Notes: generated by a model not told the origin, from the sequence alone. A DNA stretch of 64,000 nucleotides from Nostoc sp. (GCA_036918135.1 JBALDB010000032.1:105546-169545); one strand, 5' to 3'. Shown: positions 40,286-51,585, counted from the stretch's first letter. Made by a program: numbers and translations.

Positions 40286-41062
40286 ATGAGCATTTTAGAA
40301 CAATATATCAAATCAGCACCTAGTCCTCAAATTGCACTAGACATTTTTAAAAATGAGTGGTCATCAAAATTACCTGCTCCACTAGCAGATTTGAAAGCTG
40401 GTTCAGTTCCCTTATTTGAAGATCCAAGGATTGATTGGGCAGCTAGTCAACTAGGCGGGATTCAAGGTAAAACTGTACTCGAGTTGGGTCCATTGGAAGC
40501 AGGACATACTTACATGTTGGAATGTTTAGAAGCAGCATCAATTGTATCAATAGAAGCTAATACCCGTGCTTATTTAAAATGTTTAATAATTAAAGAAATT
40601 TTAGACCTGAAAAAGACGCATTTTTTATGTGGTGACTTTGTAGAATATTTGCGAAATACTCAAACTAAATTTGATGTATGCATAGCTAGCGGTGTACTAT
40701 ATCATATGAACAATCCAGCCGAATTGATTGGATTAATAGCTAAGTGTACAGATCAAATATTTATTTGGACGCATTATTATGACAAAAATATAATTTTAAC
40801 TAAGCCGAACCTTAGACATAAATTTGTGGGTAGTTCTCAAAGTAATTATGATGGTTTTAAACACACTCTTTATCGTTATGAATATGAAAGAGCATTGGAA
40901 TGGTCAGGCTTCTGTGGTGGTAATGAAAGCAATAGTCAATGGATGAGCCGCGATGATATACTAGCAAGCCTCAAGCATTTTGGTTTGAAAGACATTCAAA
41001 TTAGTTTTGAAGCTCCAGATCATCCGAATGGACCTAGTTTTGCATTAGCGGCTGCTCGTTAG
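40286..41062 (+). CDS. Class I SAM-dependent methyltransferase
   Basis: VLELGPLEAG, IEA, FDVCIASGVLYHM. ATG 40286 avoids overlap with the upstream gene. Confidence 0.8.
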   Translation: MSILEQYIKSAPSPQIALDIFKNEWSSKLPAPLADLKAGSVPLFEDPRIDWAASQLGGIQGKTVLELGPLEAGHTYMLECLEAASIVSIEANTRAYLKCLIIKEILDLKKTHFLCGDFVEYLRNTQTKFDVCIASGVLYHMNNPAELIGLIAKCTDQIFIWTHYYDKNIILTKPNLRHKFVGSSQSNYDGFKHTLYRYEYERALEWSGFCGGNESNSQWMSRDDILASLKHFGLKDIQISFEAPDHPNGPSFALAAAR

Positions 41063-41086
41063 TAGAAGCTGAAGTCAATATATTCT

Positions 41087-41245
41087 ATGAATACCCTCCT
41101 GGAGCATTCAGACATCCTCATGATCGAACCGGAAATATTTGGTGAAGATCGCGGATTCTTAGTTGAATTCTACAATCAAGAAAAATTCACCGAAAAAAGA
41201 TGTATAACAAACTTCTCTCATTCCAAAAAGCAAAGTTACTCTTAG
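41087..41245 (+). pseudogene. Truncated 5' remnant of dTDP-4-dehydrorhamnose 3,5-epimerase (rfbC-like)
   Basis: Translates MNTLLEHSDILMIEPEIFGEDRGFLVEFYNQEKFTEK..., matching the intact RfbC N-terminus at 51040 ([30 protein letters not shown]). Similarity ends at about 41197; stop at 41243-41245. Confidence 0.75.
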
Positions 41246-42948
41246 CAGTTGCGTATTCTCTACCAGTTGTTCTACTTTTCTGGTTTATAACTAGCTTCAG
41301 TGTAAACGTACCTTTTGGCGATGATTGGGCATTAGTAAATTTTTTTGCCAAAATTCACAGCGGTACTGTAAACTTTCAAGATTTTTTTTCTCAGCATAAC
41401 GAGCATCGGATACTTTTTCCAAAGATTATATTTGCAATACTTGCATTTTCTTCCAAGTGGAATATTAAACTCGAAACTTACTTTATTTTTTTATTGGCTT
41501 TAGTAAATTTCGGACTTATATATAAAATTGCAGCCTCTAATTTTAATCAATCTAATAAAAAAATATTAAATTTATTTAATATTACAATTTGTATTACACA
41601 TTTTTCTTTAAATCAGTATGAAAATTGGCTATGGGGATTTCAAATATCTTGGTTATTTATAAATACTTGCTTAATTTTAGCAGTATTTATTCTTACTGTA
41701 CCTAAAAACTTACTTCCAAATATTAAATTATCACTTGCCTCTCTATGTTGTTTTATTGCTAGTTTTTCGTCGGCTCATGGATTACTCTCTTGGCTGGCAA
41801 TACTTCCATCAATATACATCGTTGAAGGGAGAAATAAAAATAAAAAAATTAGAATTTTATTGTGGATTGGACTTTTCGCTTTTTGTGTTGCTATCTATTC
41901 TATTGGTTATGAAAAACCTTCTCATCATCCTGGTATATTGTTTGTTATACAGAAACCTTTAGTTGCATTTGAATATTTTTTCACTCTCATAGGTTTCTGT
42001 TTAAGCAAAAAAGTTTTTTCTCCTGTATTTACTGGATTAATAATATTCTTTACTTTTTCGTTTTTTAATATTTTCTGGTTAAAAAATTTTCAATCTGAGT
42101 TTTTCAATAAAGCAGCACCCTGGTTATCATTCGGTTGGTTTGCAATTTTGTTTGTATTAATAACTACTATTGGTAGAGCTGGTTTTGGTATTGAGCAAGC
42201 TACTTCATCTAGATATATAACTGTTTCGATATTATTAGTCATATCCTGCCTCCAATTGTGTGGATTATGGATTTTATATAAATGGCAAGATAGAAGCATA
42301 AAATATGTATTTTCAGGATTGTGCCTGAGTTTTTTAATATCTCTTTTGATTTCTAGCTCAATTAATAGCATTGTAGAAGGTAGAAATATTTGGATACAAA
42401 GGAAGGCTGGTAGAAATTGCTTAGAACTTATAAATTTTATAGATAAATCTATAAGTTATTCACCTGATAACTGTTTAAATTTTATTTTTCCAGATCAATT
42501 TTTAATAAGAGAACTAAGTACAGTTCTTCAAAAATTAGAGTTTAGAAATTTTCCTCAAAGTATCACTTTTATAAATAAGACTGAGAAAGTTTACGGTTAC
42601 ATTGATGTTCCCCCAACCACAGAAAAGGCTTTAAATCTACGCAGGAGTGATACTTTAAAGTTATTGGGCTGGGCTATTCTCCCTGAAGATCAAGAACAGC
42701 CGCCTATAGTTCTACTATCTTATGGCAATAATCAATTATTTTTTGCCAATGGGCTTGTAAATTCAAACAGACCTGATGTTGTGACAGCTTTAAAGTCAAG
42801 TCTTTATAAGACATCGGGTTGGGAAGCGAATGTTTCTCTAAAATCTATACCACCAGGTGAAACTGTAATTAAGGCTTGGGTTTATGACCGAAAACGTCAA
42901 GAGTTCATAAAGTTGAATGGTGAACCAAAAATCAAAGTGGTGGAATAA
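41200..42948 (+). CDS. Polytopic membrane protein, putative GT-C fold glycosyltransferase with C-terminal soluble domain
   Basis: First loop VPFGDDW, QHNEHR, WGFQ, SSRY; about 10-12 TM segments; soluble C-terminal domain (GWA, RPDV, SGW). Confidence 0.6.
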   Translation: MYNKLLSFQKAKLLLAVAYSLPVVLLFWFITSFSVNVPFGDDWALVNFFAKIHSGTVNFQDFFSQHNEHRILFPKIIFAILAFSSKWNIKLETYFIFLLALVNFGLIYKIAASNFNQSNKKILNLFNITICITHFSLNQYENWLWGFQISWLFINTCLILAVFILTVPKNLLPNIKLSLASLCCFIASFSSAHGLLSWLAILPSIYIVEGRNKNKKIRILLWIGLFAFCVAIYSIGYEKPSHHPGILFVIQKPLVAFEYFFTLIGFCLSKKVFSPVFTGLIIFFTFSFFNIFWLKNFQSEFFNKAAPWLSFGWFAILFVLITTIGRAGFGIEQATSSRYITVSILLVISCLQLCGLWILYKWQDRSIKYVFSGLCLSFLISLLISSSINSIVEGRNIWIQRKAGRNCLELINFIDKSISYSPDNCLNFIFPDQFLIRELSTVLQKLEFRNFPQSITFINKTEKVYGYIDVPPTTEKALNLRRSDTLKLLGWAILPEDQEQPPIVLLSYGNNQLFFANGLVNSNRPDVVTALKSSLYKTSGWEANVSLKSIPPGETVIKAWVYDRKRQEFIKLNGEPKIKVVE

Positions 42949-43013
42949 AAAATAATTTATTTGAGAAACTGTTGTATTTATAATTGGGAATATTAAAGGA
43001 GTGATAAAGTCAA

Positions 43014-44339
43014 ATGATAAAAAAAATGTTTAACCATAAAATACTAAAGTTTCTGCTAGGTGGTGGTTTAGCAGCAGGACTAAATTTAATACTTATTTAT
43101 TTAATTATTGAAAAGTTTGAATTTAATACACCTTTGTTACGAAATATTGCCAATATAATATCTATTGAAATTTCTCTTGTATTTAGTTTCTTTATCTATC
43201 GAACTTGGGTTTGGACTGGCGGTATTTGGAATCTTACAGAAGTATTTTTACGACAACTTCCTCTTTATCATGTTTCTGCTGGACTTGCAGTAATTACTCG
43301 CATTTTATTTATCTTCCCTATTCTAGATTGGTTAAAAGTTAACTATGCCATCAATACTATAATAGGCGCACTGGTAAGCGCATCGATTAATTATTTGATT
43401 AGCGATCGCTTTGTATTTAAAACCCCAACAAAAAAAACTTATAACAATTCACACACGGAAAAAATATCAGTTACATATTATCCAGAATCATTAGCTCCAG
43501 CTCTATCAATAAATTCTAGCTTAAGAAAAGATGAATCAATAACTATAGATACTTCAAAATCTGTTAAGACTCTATCAATAGTAATTCCAGCTTACAATGA
43601 AGAAGACTGTATAGTTAAAACTGTTCACATTATTAGCAAAGTTTTAGAACAAGAGAAAATAGATTACGAAATTTTAGTTGTTAACGATAACAGCAAAGAT
43701 AACACAGAAAAATTATTACAGCAGCTTAATACTGAAAATAAGAAGTTGCGTTACGTGAATAATTATTATCCTAACGGCTTTGGGTTTGCAGTTCGTTGTG
43801 GGTTAGAAAGTTTTACAGGAGATGCTGTAGCAGTAGTTATGGCAGATAGTTCAGATGCACCAGAAGACATAGTATCTTACTACTATAAATTGCAAGAGGG
43901 ATACGATTGTGTTTTTGGTTCCCGCTTCATTAAAGGAGGTAAAGTTATTGATTATCCCAATCATAAATTAATTGTAAATCGTTTAGCTAACTTATTTATT
44001 CAAATTTTATTTGGCTTAAGATTTAATGATACGACTAATGCATTTAAGATTTATCGTAAAGACGTTATTCAAGGTATTTCACCTTTAGTATCTCATCATT
44101 TCAATTTAACCGTAGAAATGCCACTCAAAGCTATAGTAAGAGGGTATTATTATACAACTATTCCCATTACTTGGAGGAATAGAACCACAGGCGTTTCTAA
44201 GTTAAAACTAAAAGAAATGGGGAGTCGATATTTATTTATAGTCCTATACATTTGGCTAGAAAAACATTTATCGCGTGGAGATTATCATCTCAGCAAAAAT
44301 AGACTACTAATCAATCAAAGGTTAAAATCAAATGGCTGA
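43014..44339 (+). CDS. GtrA-like flippase domain fused to polyprenol-phosphate GT2 glycosyltransferase
   Basis: N-terminal 4-TM GtrA pattern (KFLLGG...R.WVW...RFVF); SIVIPAYNEE, NDNSKD, MADSSD, GSRF. Confidence 0.85.
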   Translation: MIKKMFNHKILKFLLGGGLAAGLNLILIYLIIEKFEFNTPLLRNIANIISIEISLVFSFFIYRTWVWTGGIWNLTEVFLRQLPLYHVSAGLAVITRILFIFPILDWLKVNYAINTIIGALVSASINYLISDRFVFKTPTKKTYNNSHTEKISVTYYPESLAPALSINSSLRKDESITIDTSKSVKTLSIVIPAYNEEDCIVKTVHIISKVLEQEKIDYEILVVNDNSKDNTEKLLQQLNTENKKLRYVNNYYPNGFGFAVRCGLESFTGDAVAVVMADSSDAPEDIVSYYYKLQEGYDCVFGSRFIKGGKVIDYPNHKLIVNRLANLFIQILFGLRFNDTTNAFKIYRKDVIQGISPLVSHHFNLTVEMPLKAIVRGYYYTTIPITWRNRTTGVSKLKLKEMGSRYLFIVLYIWLEKHLSRGDYHLSKNRLLINQRLKSNG

Positions 44340-45399
44340 GAAGATTCTGATTTTAGGAGGAGCTGGTTTTGTTGGCAGTTCCTTAGCAATTAATCTGAAA
44401 AAGCATCATTCTCACTGGAAAATTATATGTTTTGATAATCTCCGAAGGCGCGGTTCCGAATTAAATCTTCCTAGACTCAAAAATTTGGGGATTGACTTTA
44501 TTCATGGTGATATTCGTTCTTCTAGCGATTTAGATCCTGGAATGTTTAACGTCGATACCATCATTGATTGTTCTGCTGAACCTTCTGTACTTGCAGGATT
44601 TGTATCTCCACAATACGTCCTGCAAACAAATTTGGTGGGAACGATAAATGTTCTTGAACTAGCTAGACAAATTCAAGCTCGTTTGCTCTTTCTATCTACT
44701 AGTCGTGTTTATCCGATTGAAACACTTAAATCAGTTAATCTAGTAGAATTACCAACCCGCTTTAGCATTGCTGTTGAACAGAAAATACCAGGAGTGTCTC
44801 ATTTTGGTATTGCAGAGGAATTTCCACTACAAAACTACCGTTCTTTATATGGTACTACTAAACTTGCCTCGGAAATGCTGATTGAAGAGTATCGGCAGGC
44901 TTATAATATTCAGGCTATAGTCAACCGTTGTGGTGTAATTACAGGTCCTTGGCAAATGGGTAAAGTTGACCAAGGTGTTTTTGTTTTGTGGTTAGCCGCA
45001 CACTATTTTGAAAAATCTCTCAGTTACATAGGTTATGGCGGTACAGGTAAACAAGTAAGAGATTTATTACATATTGAAGATTTGTTACGTCTAATTAATT
45101 ATCAGTTAGAACATTTTTGTGAACTAGATGGAGATGTTTTAAATGTTGGCGGAGGTATTGATAATAGTTTATCTTTATTAGAGACTACTAGATTATGCCA
45201 GACAATTACTGGGAAATCTATTCCAATTAAATCAGAAGAAACAGCCAGACAAGGTGATATCCCTATTTATATTACGGATTCATCGAAGATAATTTTTAAG
45301 ACTGGATGGAAGCCAATTATGAATCCCGAACAAACTCTCAAAGATATTTATCATTGGATTCTTGAGTATGAAACAATTCTGAAGCCCATTTTATCCTAA
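44332..45399 (+). CDS. NAD-dependent epimerase/dehydratase (CDP-paratose 2-epimerase-like)
   Basis: GGAGFVG, STSRVY, YGTTK, GKQVRDLLHIED. Confidence 0.85.
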   Translation: MAEKILILGGAGFVGSSLAINLKKHHSHWKIICFDNLRRRGSELNLPRLKNLGIDFIHGDIRSSSDLDPGMFNVDTIIDCSAEPSVLAGFVSPQYVLQTNLVGTINVLELARQIQARLLFLSTSRVYPIETLKSVNLVELPTRFSIAVEQKIPGVSHFGIAEEFPLQNYRSLYGTTKLASEMLIEEYRQAYNIQAIVNRCGVITGPWQMGKVDQGVFVLWLAAHYFEKSLSYIGYGGTGKQVRDLLHIEDLLRLINYQLEHFCELDGDVLNVGGGIDNSLSLLETTRLCQTITGKSIPIKSEETARQGDIPIYITDSSKIIFKTGWKPIMNPEQTLKDIYHWILEYETILKPILS

Positions 45400-45434
45400 A
45401 CTGATGATTGTACTATGACGTGATTCAAAATATT

Positions 45435-46520
45435 ATGCCCACTGTTTTAATTACTGGTTCTTGTGGTCTAATTGGTTCAGAATCGGTTCATTTTTTTGCC
45501 CAGAACGGTTTTCATGTTGTGGGTATCGATAATAATATGCGGGCGGTATTTTTCGGAGAATCAGCATCAACAGACTGGAATCGCTGTATCCTAGAAGATA
45601 AATACGGTGACAGCTATCGTCATTATGATATTGATATCCGCGATCGCTCTGCAATCGAAAACCTCTTTCAAGAATATTCCTCCGATATTTGTCTGATTAT
45701 CCATACAGCAGCCCAACCATCTCATGATTGGGCAGCAAAAGACCCTCATACAGATTTTACAGTTAATGCTAACGGGACTTTAGTATTACTAGAAGCAACT
45801 CGACAATATTGCCCTGATACAACTTTTATATTTACCTCAACTAACAAAGTCTATGGCGATACTCCTAACTATTTACCTTTGGAGGAGTTAGAAAAACGTT
45901 GGGAAATTAAACGAAATCATCAATACACAGAGGGTATTGATGAGTCAATGACAATTGATAACTCTAAACATTCTCTATTTGGTGCTTCTAAAGTTGCCGC
46001 AGATATATTAGTTCAAGAATATGGTAAATACTTTGGCATGAAGACTGTTACCTTTAGAGGAGGTTGCTTGACTGGCCCCAACCATTCTGGCGCTCAGTTA
46101 CATGGTTTTCTAGCTTACTTAATGAAATGTACTATTACAGGTGACACTTACACCATATTTGGCTATCAAGGTAAACAAGTTAGAGATAATATACATAGTT
46201 ACGATCTAGTCAATGCTTTTTATCATTTTTATCAAAATCCCAGATGCGGAGAAGTTTATAATATTGGGGGTTCTCGGCATAGCAATTGTTCTATGTTAGA
46301 AGCAATCTCAATTTGCGAAGACATCGTAGGTAAAAAGCTGCAATATACTTATACAGAAGAGAATCGCTCTGGCGATCATATTTGGTACATTTCAGATGTA
46401 AGAAAATTTCGTTCTCATTATCCAATATGGGAATACAAGTATAATCTTCGACAGATACTAGAGGAAATTTATAATGCTCAAGTATCTAGAAATGTTAGTT
46501 ATTATCAAAAGCTGTTTTAA
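45435..46520 (+). CDS. NAD-dependent epimerase/dehydratase (CDP-paratose/tyvelose epimerase-like)
   Basis: [36 protein letters not shown] 45435 preferred as start. Confidence 0.85.
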   Translation: MPTVLITGSCGLIGSESVHFFAQNGFHVVGIDNNMRAVFFGESASTDWNRCILEDKYGDSYRHYDIDIRDRSAIENLFQEYSSDICLIIHTAAQPSHDWAAKDPHTDFTVNANGTLVLLEATRQYCPDTTFIFTSTNKVYGDTPNYLPLEELEKRWEIKRNHQYTEGIDESMTIDNSKHSLFGASKVAADILVQEYGKYFGMKTVTFRGGCLTGPNHSGAQLHGFLAYLMKCTITGDTYTIFGYQGKQVRDNIHSYDLVNAFYHFYQNPRCGEVYNIGGSRHSNCSMLEAISICEDIVGKKLQYTYTEENRSGDHIWYISDVRKFRSHYPIWEYKYNLRQILEEIYNAQVSRNVSYYQKLF

Positions 46521-46629
46521 AAGTATCTAGATTGTGATTTGTGTTAGCTCGTTTTAATAAGCAAGCTTGAAGATTAGAGAATTAGAATATAAAATACATA
46601 AATAGAGTTGTTACATAATATCTAAATCA

Positions 46630-47550
46630 ATGAGAGCAAAAGTGGCAGCCTACATAACCCTCTATCAAGATAAACAAGCTGCTACCAAGTGTCTGCAAGC
46701 TATTAAATCTCAATCTTTACCAATAGATATTGTTTTTGTAGTAGATAATTCCGAACAAAAATTACTAGAATTCGATAATAGTGCATCTATTTTGATACAT
46801 CATTATCCAGAAAATATTGGTATTGGTCAAGGTTTAGTACTTGGGTTGGAATGGGCAATAAAGGAAGATTATGATTTTTTATGGACTTTCGATCAAGACA
46901 GTTTACCAAGTAAGGATTGTTTAGAAATTTTGTTAAAATTTTACAATAAGTTGTCTTTAGAAGATGATAAGAAAATTGCGATTATTGCTCCTACTTCTAT
47001 TGATGAAAAAACAGGGAAAGTTATAGAAGGAGCAGTTTTTGTAAGAGACCAGTTTAGAGGTTACAAACACAATAATAATATTGATTTTTATGAGTGCGAT
47101 TCTCCTATAACTTCTGGTTCTTTAATTTCCATTGCTGCTGCTAAAACTATTGGTCTTCCTCGTGCAGAATTCTTTATAGATGGAATTGACCTCGACTATG
47201 GACTAAGATTACACCAACAGGGATTCCGTAATTTGATAGTTACTAAAGCTAGTATGTATCATAATTTTGGTAATCCAGTGAAAGTAAAATTTTTTCAGCG
47301 AGAAACGATTGTTCAGCAATACTCTGTTCTACGTAACTACTATATTAATCGAAATCACACTTATTTAGAAACTCGCTATGCCCAAGGCTTATATCGACTA
47401 ACTAGTTATGGTCAACGCATAAAATATTTACTCCGCAGGATAGTTACAATTTTGCTTTATGACCCTGAAGAAAAAACTATAAAAATATGGGCTTGTTTAC
47501 TGGGGACATTTCACGGCTTTCAAGGAAAGCTTGGTAAAACTTGGTTTTAA
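46630..47550 (+). CDS. GT2 glycosyltransferase (rhamnosyltransferase-like)
   Basis: VDNS, ENIGIG, FDQDS, ITSGSL, FFIDGID. Confidence 0.85.
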   Translation: MRAKVAAYITLYQDKQAATKCLQAIKSQSLPIDIVFVVDNSEQKLLEFDNSASILIHHYPENIGIGQGLVLGLEWAIKEDYDFLWTFDQDSLPSKDCLEILLKFYNKLSLEDDKKIAIIAPTSIDEKTGKVIEGAVFVRDQFRGYKHNNNIDFYECDSPITSGSLISIAAAKTIGLPRAEFFIDGIDLDYGLRLHQQGFRNLIVTKASMYHNFGNPVKVKFFQRETIVQQYSVLRNYYINRNHTYLETRYAQGLYRLTSYGQRIKYLLRRIVTILLYDPEEKTIKIWACLLGTFHGFQGKLGKTWF

Positions 47551-47759
47551 GTTGATAAAAGGGACTAAATATTGTAGATTTTCAAATAAAAAATTATGTC
47601 TTAGTCTTTAATAAAAAACATTTGTAATTTTGATATTTGAGTAGTAATACCAATTTAAAAATGATTACGACAGATACAAAGGTGAGCAAGTATATTTACT
47701 AAAATTTGTAATTCTTTTTTAAACAAAATTAGTTGAGATAAAAAATTAATATAATTATA

Positions 47760-48599
47760 GTGATTTATTTTTTAATAGTTAATTATTATTCTACAAATTT
47801 AATTCTCAAGTTAATTGATTCAATCCAAAAAATAACTAATGTTAACTATAAAGTAATTATTATCAATAACTCATCTGATGACCATTCTATTGATAATCTT
47901 AAAACTGAATCTATATTGATTTTTGATGCTGAGACTAATTTAGGTTTTGGTTGTGCTTGTAATTTAGGCTTAAAATGGATTTATATTCAAGACCCCCAAG
48001 CCTATGTTTGGATAATTAATCCAGATACTTATTTAATAGAAAACACTTTACATAAAGTTAAGCCATTTTTTGAGTTGTATCCAGAAATTTCAATTCTTGG
48101 TACACTTATCTATACACCTACAGGCAAAGTTTGGTTTGCTGGCGGTCGCTTCATTGCTAAAACTGGTGCAATCATTACTCAAAAAAAATTAACGGATATA
48201 GATTTGGGTTATGTTAATTGCGATTGGGTTTCCGGGTGTAGTCTAGTTGTTAATTTAAATAATTTTACTGAATGTCCTAATTTTGACTCTGCTTACTTTC
48301 TTTATTATGAAGATGTAGATTTTTGCTTACGCTATGGTAATCAAGGACATATAGTTGCTATAACTAAGAATTTTTCAATAGTGCATGAACCATCATCTAT
48401 TACTAATAGAAATATTTTTAATAAAATTAGAAATAGTACGTATAGTTATTTACTAACGCTCGATAAATACACAAATAAAAGTATCTTTGAAATCAGATTA
48501 ATTTTTCAAATATTCAAGGCAATCTTAGCGATTGTGCTAAAGCCAAAAGCTGCATTAGGAAAAATTTATGGAATACATGATTATATCACAAAAAAGTAG
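47760..48599 (+). CDS. GT2 glycosyltransferase (WbbL-like)
   Basis: IVNY, NLGFG..CN.G, INPD, VSGCSL, FLYYEDVD. Confidence 0.85.
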   Translation: MIYFLIVNYYSTNLILKLIDSIQKITNVNYKVIIINNSSDDHSIDNLKTESILIFDAETNLGFGCACNLGLKWIYIQDPQAYVWIINPDTYLIENTLHKVKPFFELYPEISILGTLIYTPTGKVWFAGGRFIAKTGAIITQKKLTDIDLGYVNCDWVSGCSLVVNLNNFTECPNFDSAYFLYYEDVDFCLRYGNQGHIVAITKNFSIVHEPSSITNRNIFNKIRNSTYSYLLTLDKYTNKSIFEIRLIFQIFKAILAIVLKPKAALGKIYGIHDYITKK

Positions 48600-48698
48600 A
48601 TTAAATGATTAATTAAAGACTTAGTATAATTTGCAAACCAAATATTTAAATATTAAATTTATAGAAATCAATTTTTAAATGTTTTCTGATTAACAATC

Positions 48699-49766
48699 GT
48701 GGCATTATTAATTAATCTGTCATTTTTATTAACTCAACCCACAGGTATCACTACCTATGCTCTCAATTTACTACCTCACTTACAAGAACTCGATCCCACA
48801 CTTTTGATTTCCCAAGATATTTCTGGTTACAACTGCTATCCAGTTCCTCCTCATCAAACCGCAGAACAAGGGGTAAAAGGCCACTTGAAACGGCTTGTGT
48901 GGACGCAATTTCAATTACCAGAAATTTATAGAAAGTTAAAATCCCAAATTTTATTTTCCTTGCTTCCAGAAGCACCCCTTTATAGTAATTCTCGTTTTGT
49001 GGTGATGGCTCACGATTTTATCCCATTGCGTTTTCCGAAGAGGTTTTCACCACTGACATCTTATCACCGCTATTACATTCCTCAAGTCATCAACCAAGCA
49101 CAACACATTGTTTGTAACTCCCAAGCTACAGCCCAGGACATCACCAATTTTTTTCATATTCCCGCTAGCAAAATTACCTCTATCCCTCTTGCTTACGATC
49201 GCACTCACTTTTGTTTGCTCAATCTCCCCACCCGCAACTATTTTCTCTACATTGGACGCCAAAACACTTATAAAAACTTAGATCGATTGATTGCAGCCTT
49301 TGCTGCGCTACCCAATAACAACGACTATGAACTTTGGTTAGCAGGGCCGAGCGATCGCCGTTACACCCCAACTTTAACAGCCCAAGTTGCACAACTCGGT
49401 ATCACTAATCGAGTAAAATTCCTCGACTATGTTCCTTATAGCGAATTGCCAAAAATCATCAATCAAGCGCTCGCTCTTGTTTTCCCTAGTCTCTGGGAAG
49501 GCTTTGGTTTACCCGTTTTGGAAGCAATGGCTTGTGGTACCCCAGTAATTACCTCCAATCTCTCCTCTCTACCAGAAGTAGCTGGAGACGCAGCAATTCT
49601 GATTAATCCCTACAATACCAGAGAAATTACAGAAGCAATGCAGGCAATTGCAACTGATTCGGGATTGCGATCGCGCCTTTCTAATCAGGGAATTATTCAC
49701 TCCCAACAATTCAGTTGGGAAAAAACAGGGAAAGCCACCGCAGAAGTCTTATCCCGCTACCTGTAG
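48699..49766 (+). CDS. GT4 glycosyltransferase
   Basis: [30 protein letters not shown]. Confidence 0.9.
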   Translation: MALLINLSFLLTQPTGITTYALNLLPHLQELDPTLLISQDISGYNCYPVPPHQTAEQGVKGHLKRLVWTQFQLPEIYRKLKSQILFSLLPEAPLYSNSRFVVMAHDFIPLRFPKRFSPLTSYHRYYIPQVINQAQHIVCNSQATAQDITNFFHIPASKITSIPLAYDRTHFCLLNLPTRNYFLYIGRQNTYKNLDRLIAAFAALPNNNDYELWLAGPSDRRYTPTLTAQVAQLGITNRVKFLDYVPYSELPKIINQALALVFPSLWEGFGLPVLEAMACGTPVITSNLSSLPEVAGDAAILINPYNTREITEAMQAIATDSGLRSRLSNQGIIHSQQFSWEKTGKATAEVLSRYL

Positions 49767-49800
49767 AATAATACCGTTGAGTAGAGGACGCGGCGAATAA

Positions 49801-49840
49801 CAAATGACTAATGACCAATGACCAATGACTAATGACTAAT
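49801..49840. repeat. Heptamer STRR tract
   Basis: (c/t)aatgac x5-6 directly upstream of rfbA. Confidence 0.85.
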
Positions 49841-49844
49841 CCTT

Positions 49845-50921
49845 ATGAAAGCATTAATTCTTTCTGGCGGTAAAGGTACACGCTTACGTCCCCTCACCTA
49901 CAGCGGAGCAAAACAACTCGTTCCAGTTGCTAATAAACCTGTTTTATGGTATGGCATTGAAGAAATGGTTGCTACTGGTATTACTGATATTGGTATCATC
50001 ATTAGTCCGGAAACAGGTGCAGAAGTCCGAGCAAAAACCGGAAATGGAGAATACTTTGGAGCGAAGATTACCTACATATTACAAGACAAGGCAGCCGGAC
50101 TTGCTCATGCCGTCCTAATCGCCCGTCCGTTTTTAGGAGATTCTCCGTTTGTCATGTACTTGGGCGATAACCTGATTCAATTAGGCGACTTAAGTTATTT
50201 TCTGCAACAATTTAGCCAACAGCAGCCTGATGCTTTAATTCTGTTACGTCCTGTTCCTAATCCTACCGCCTTTGGTGTGGCTGAGGTCGATGATAGAGGC
50301 AGAGTATTACAGTTAATTGAAAAACCTAAAATTCCTCCTTCAAATCTGGCATTGGTAGGAGTTTATTTCTTTTCTCACGTTATCTTTGATGCGATCGCTA
50401 ATATTCATCCTTCCGCCAGAGGGGAACTCGAAATCACTGATGCTATTCAATATTTAATTAATCAAGAAAAGCACGTCGTCGCGCACAAACTCCAAGGTTG
50501 GTGGCTAGATACTGGTAAAAAAGATGATTTATTAGAAGCTAACCGATTGATTCTCGATACCTATATGACAGCATCAATTTTCGGTGAGGTCGATGCCCAA
50601 AGTCAAATTATTGGACGAGTTAAAATTGGTGCCAAATCTCAAGTTATTAATTGCACAATTCGCGGCCCGGTAATTATTGGTAGCAATTGTTATTTAGAAA
50701 ACTGCTTCATCGGGCCTTATAGTAGTATTGCTAACAATGCCACACTCGTGGATACAGATTTAGAACACAGTGTAATTTTAGAAGGAGCTAAAATTGCCGG
50801 AATCCATCAACGGATTATCGATAGTGTGATTGGACAACGCGCACAATTGACTCTTGCACCCCGTCGCCCGAAAGCTTTACGATTCCTGATTGGCGACGAC
50901 TGTCAAATTGAACTCACATAA
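49845..50921 (+). CDS. rfbA: Glucose-1-phosphate thymidylyltransferase (long form)
   Basis: LSGGKGTRLRPLT, KQLVPVANKP, LGDN, EKP, SARGELEITDA, WLDTG, plus a hexapeptide tail. Confidence 0.93.
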   Translation: MKALILSGGKGTRLRPLTYSGAKQLVPVANKPVLWYGIEEMVATGITDIGIIISPETGAEVRAKTGNGEYFGAKITYILQDKAAGLAHAVLIARPFLGDSPFVMYLGDNLIQLGDLSYFLQQFSQQQPDALILLRPVPNPTAFGVAEVDDRGRVLQLIEKPKIPPSNLALVGVYFFSHVIFDAIANIHPSARGELEITDAIQYLINQEKHVVAHKLQGWWLDTGKKDDLLEANRLILDTYMTASIFGEVDAQSQIIGRVKIGAKSQVINCTIRGPVIIGSNCYLENCFIGPYSSIANNATLVDTDLEHSVILEGAKIAGIHQRIIDSVIGQRAQLTLAPRRPKALRFLIGDDCQIELT

Positions 50922-51039
50922 TTTACTTATTAAAAACAAGGAAAGCTACAGTCAAAATGTTATGCTACTACCTGTAATTATTGGGTTAATTTTTTGACAA
51001 AATTAACACTGTGGCAAATTACTCGCAATAATATTATTA

Positions 51040-51585
51040 ATGAGCATTACATATACTAAAATTCCCGAAGTTATACAACTCGAACCCAAAGTATTTGCAG
51101 ACGATCGCGGTTTCTTCTTTGAAGCCTATAACCATCAAAAATTTACTCAAGAGACTGGTATTGCTGCGAACTTTGTGCAAGATAACCATTCTTGTTCTAA
51201 GCAAAACGTCCTGCGTGGATTGCATTACCAAATTCAACAACCCCAAGGTAAACTCGTTCGGGCGATCGCCGGCACCATTTTTGACGTAGCCGTTGATATC
51301 AGAAGAAGTTCGGCTACATTTGGTAAGTGGGTGGGTTATGAACTCAGTGCTGAGAACAAACGCTTACTTTGGATACCGATAGGCTTTGCTCACGGCTTTC
51401 TCGTGCTTTCAGAAACAGCTGAAGTGGTGTATAAAACTACAGATTACTACGCACCCCAAGGCGATCGTACAATCCTCTGGAACGATCCAGATTTAGCTAT
51501 AGATTGGCCTTTGAGTGCGCCACCGATTTTATCAGCTAAAGACCAAGTCGGTAAATCTTTAAAAACTGCTGAAATATTTAATTAA
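51040..51585 (+). CDS. rfbC: dTDP-4-dehydrorhamnose 3,5-epimerase
   Basis: [37 protein letters not shown]. Confidence 0.96.
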   Translation: MSITYTKIPEVIQLEPKVFADDRGFFFEAYNHQKFTQETGIAANFVQDNHSCSKQNVLRGLHYQIQQPQGKLVRAIAGTIFDVAVDIRRSSATFGKWVGYELSAENKRLLWIPIGFAHGFLVLSETAEVVYKTTDYYAPQGDRTILWNDPDLAIDWPLSAPPILSAKDQVGKSLKTAEIFN

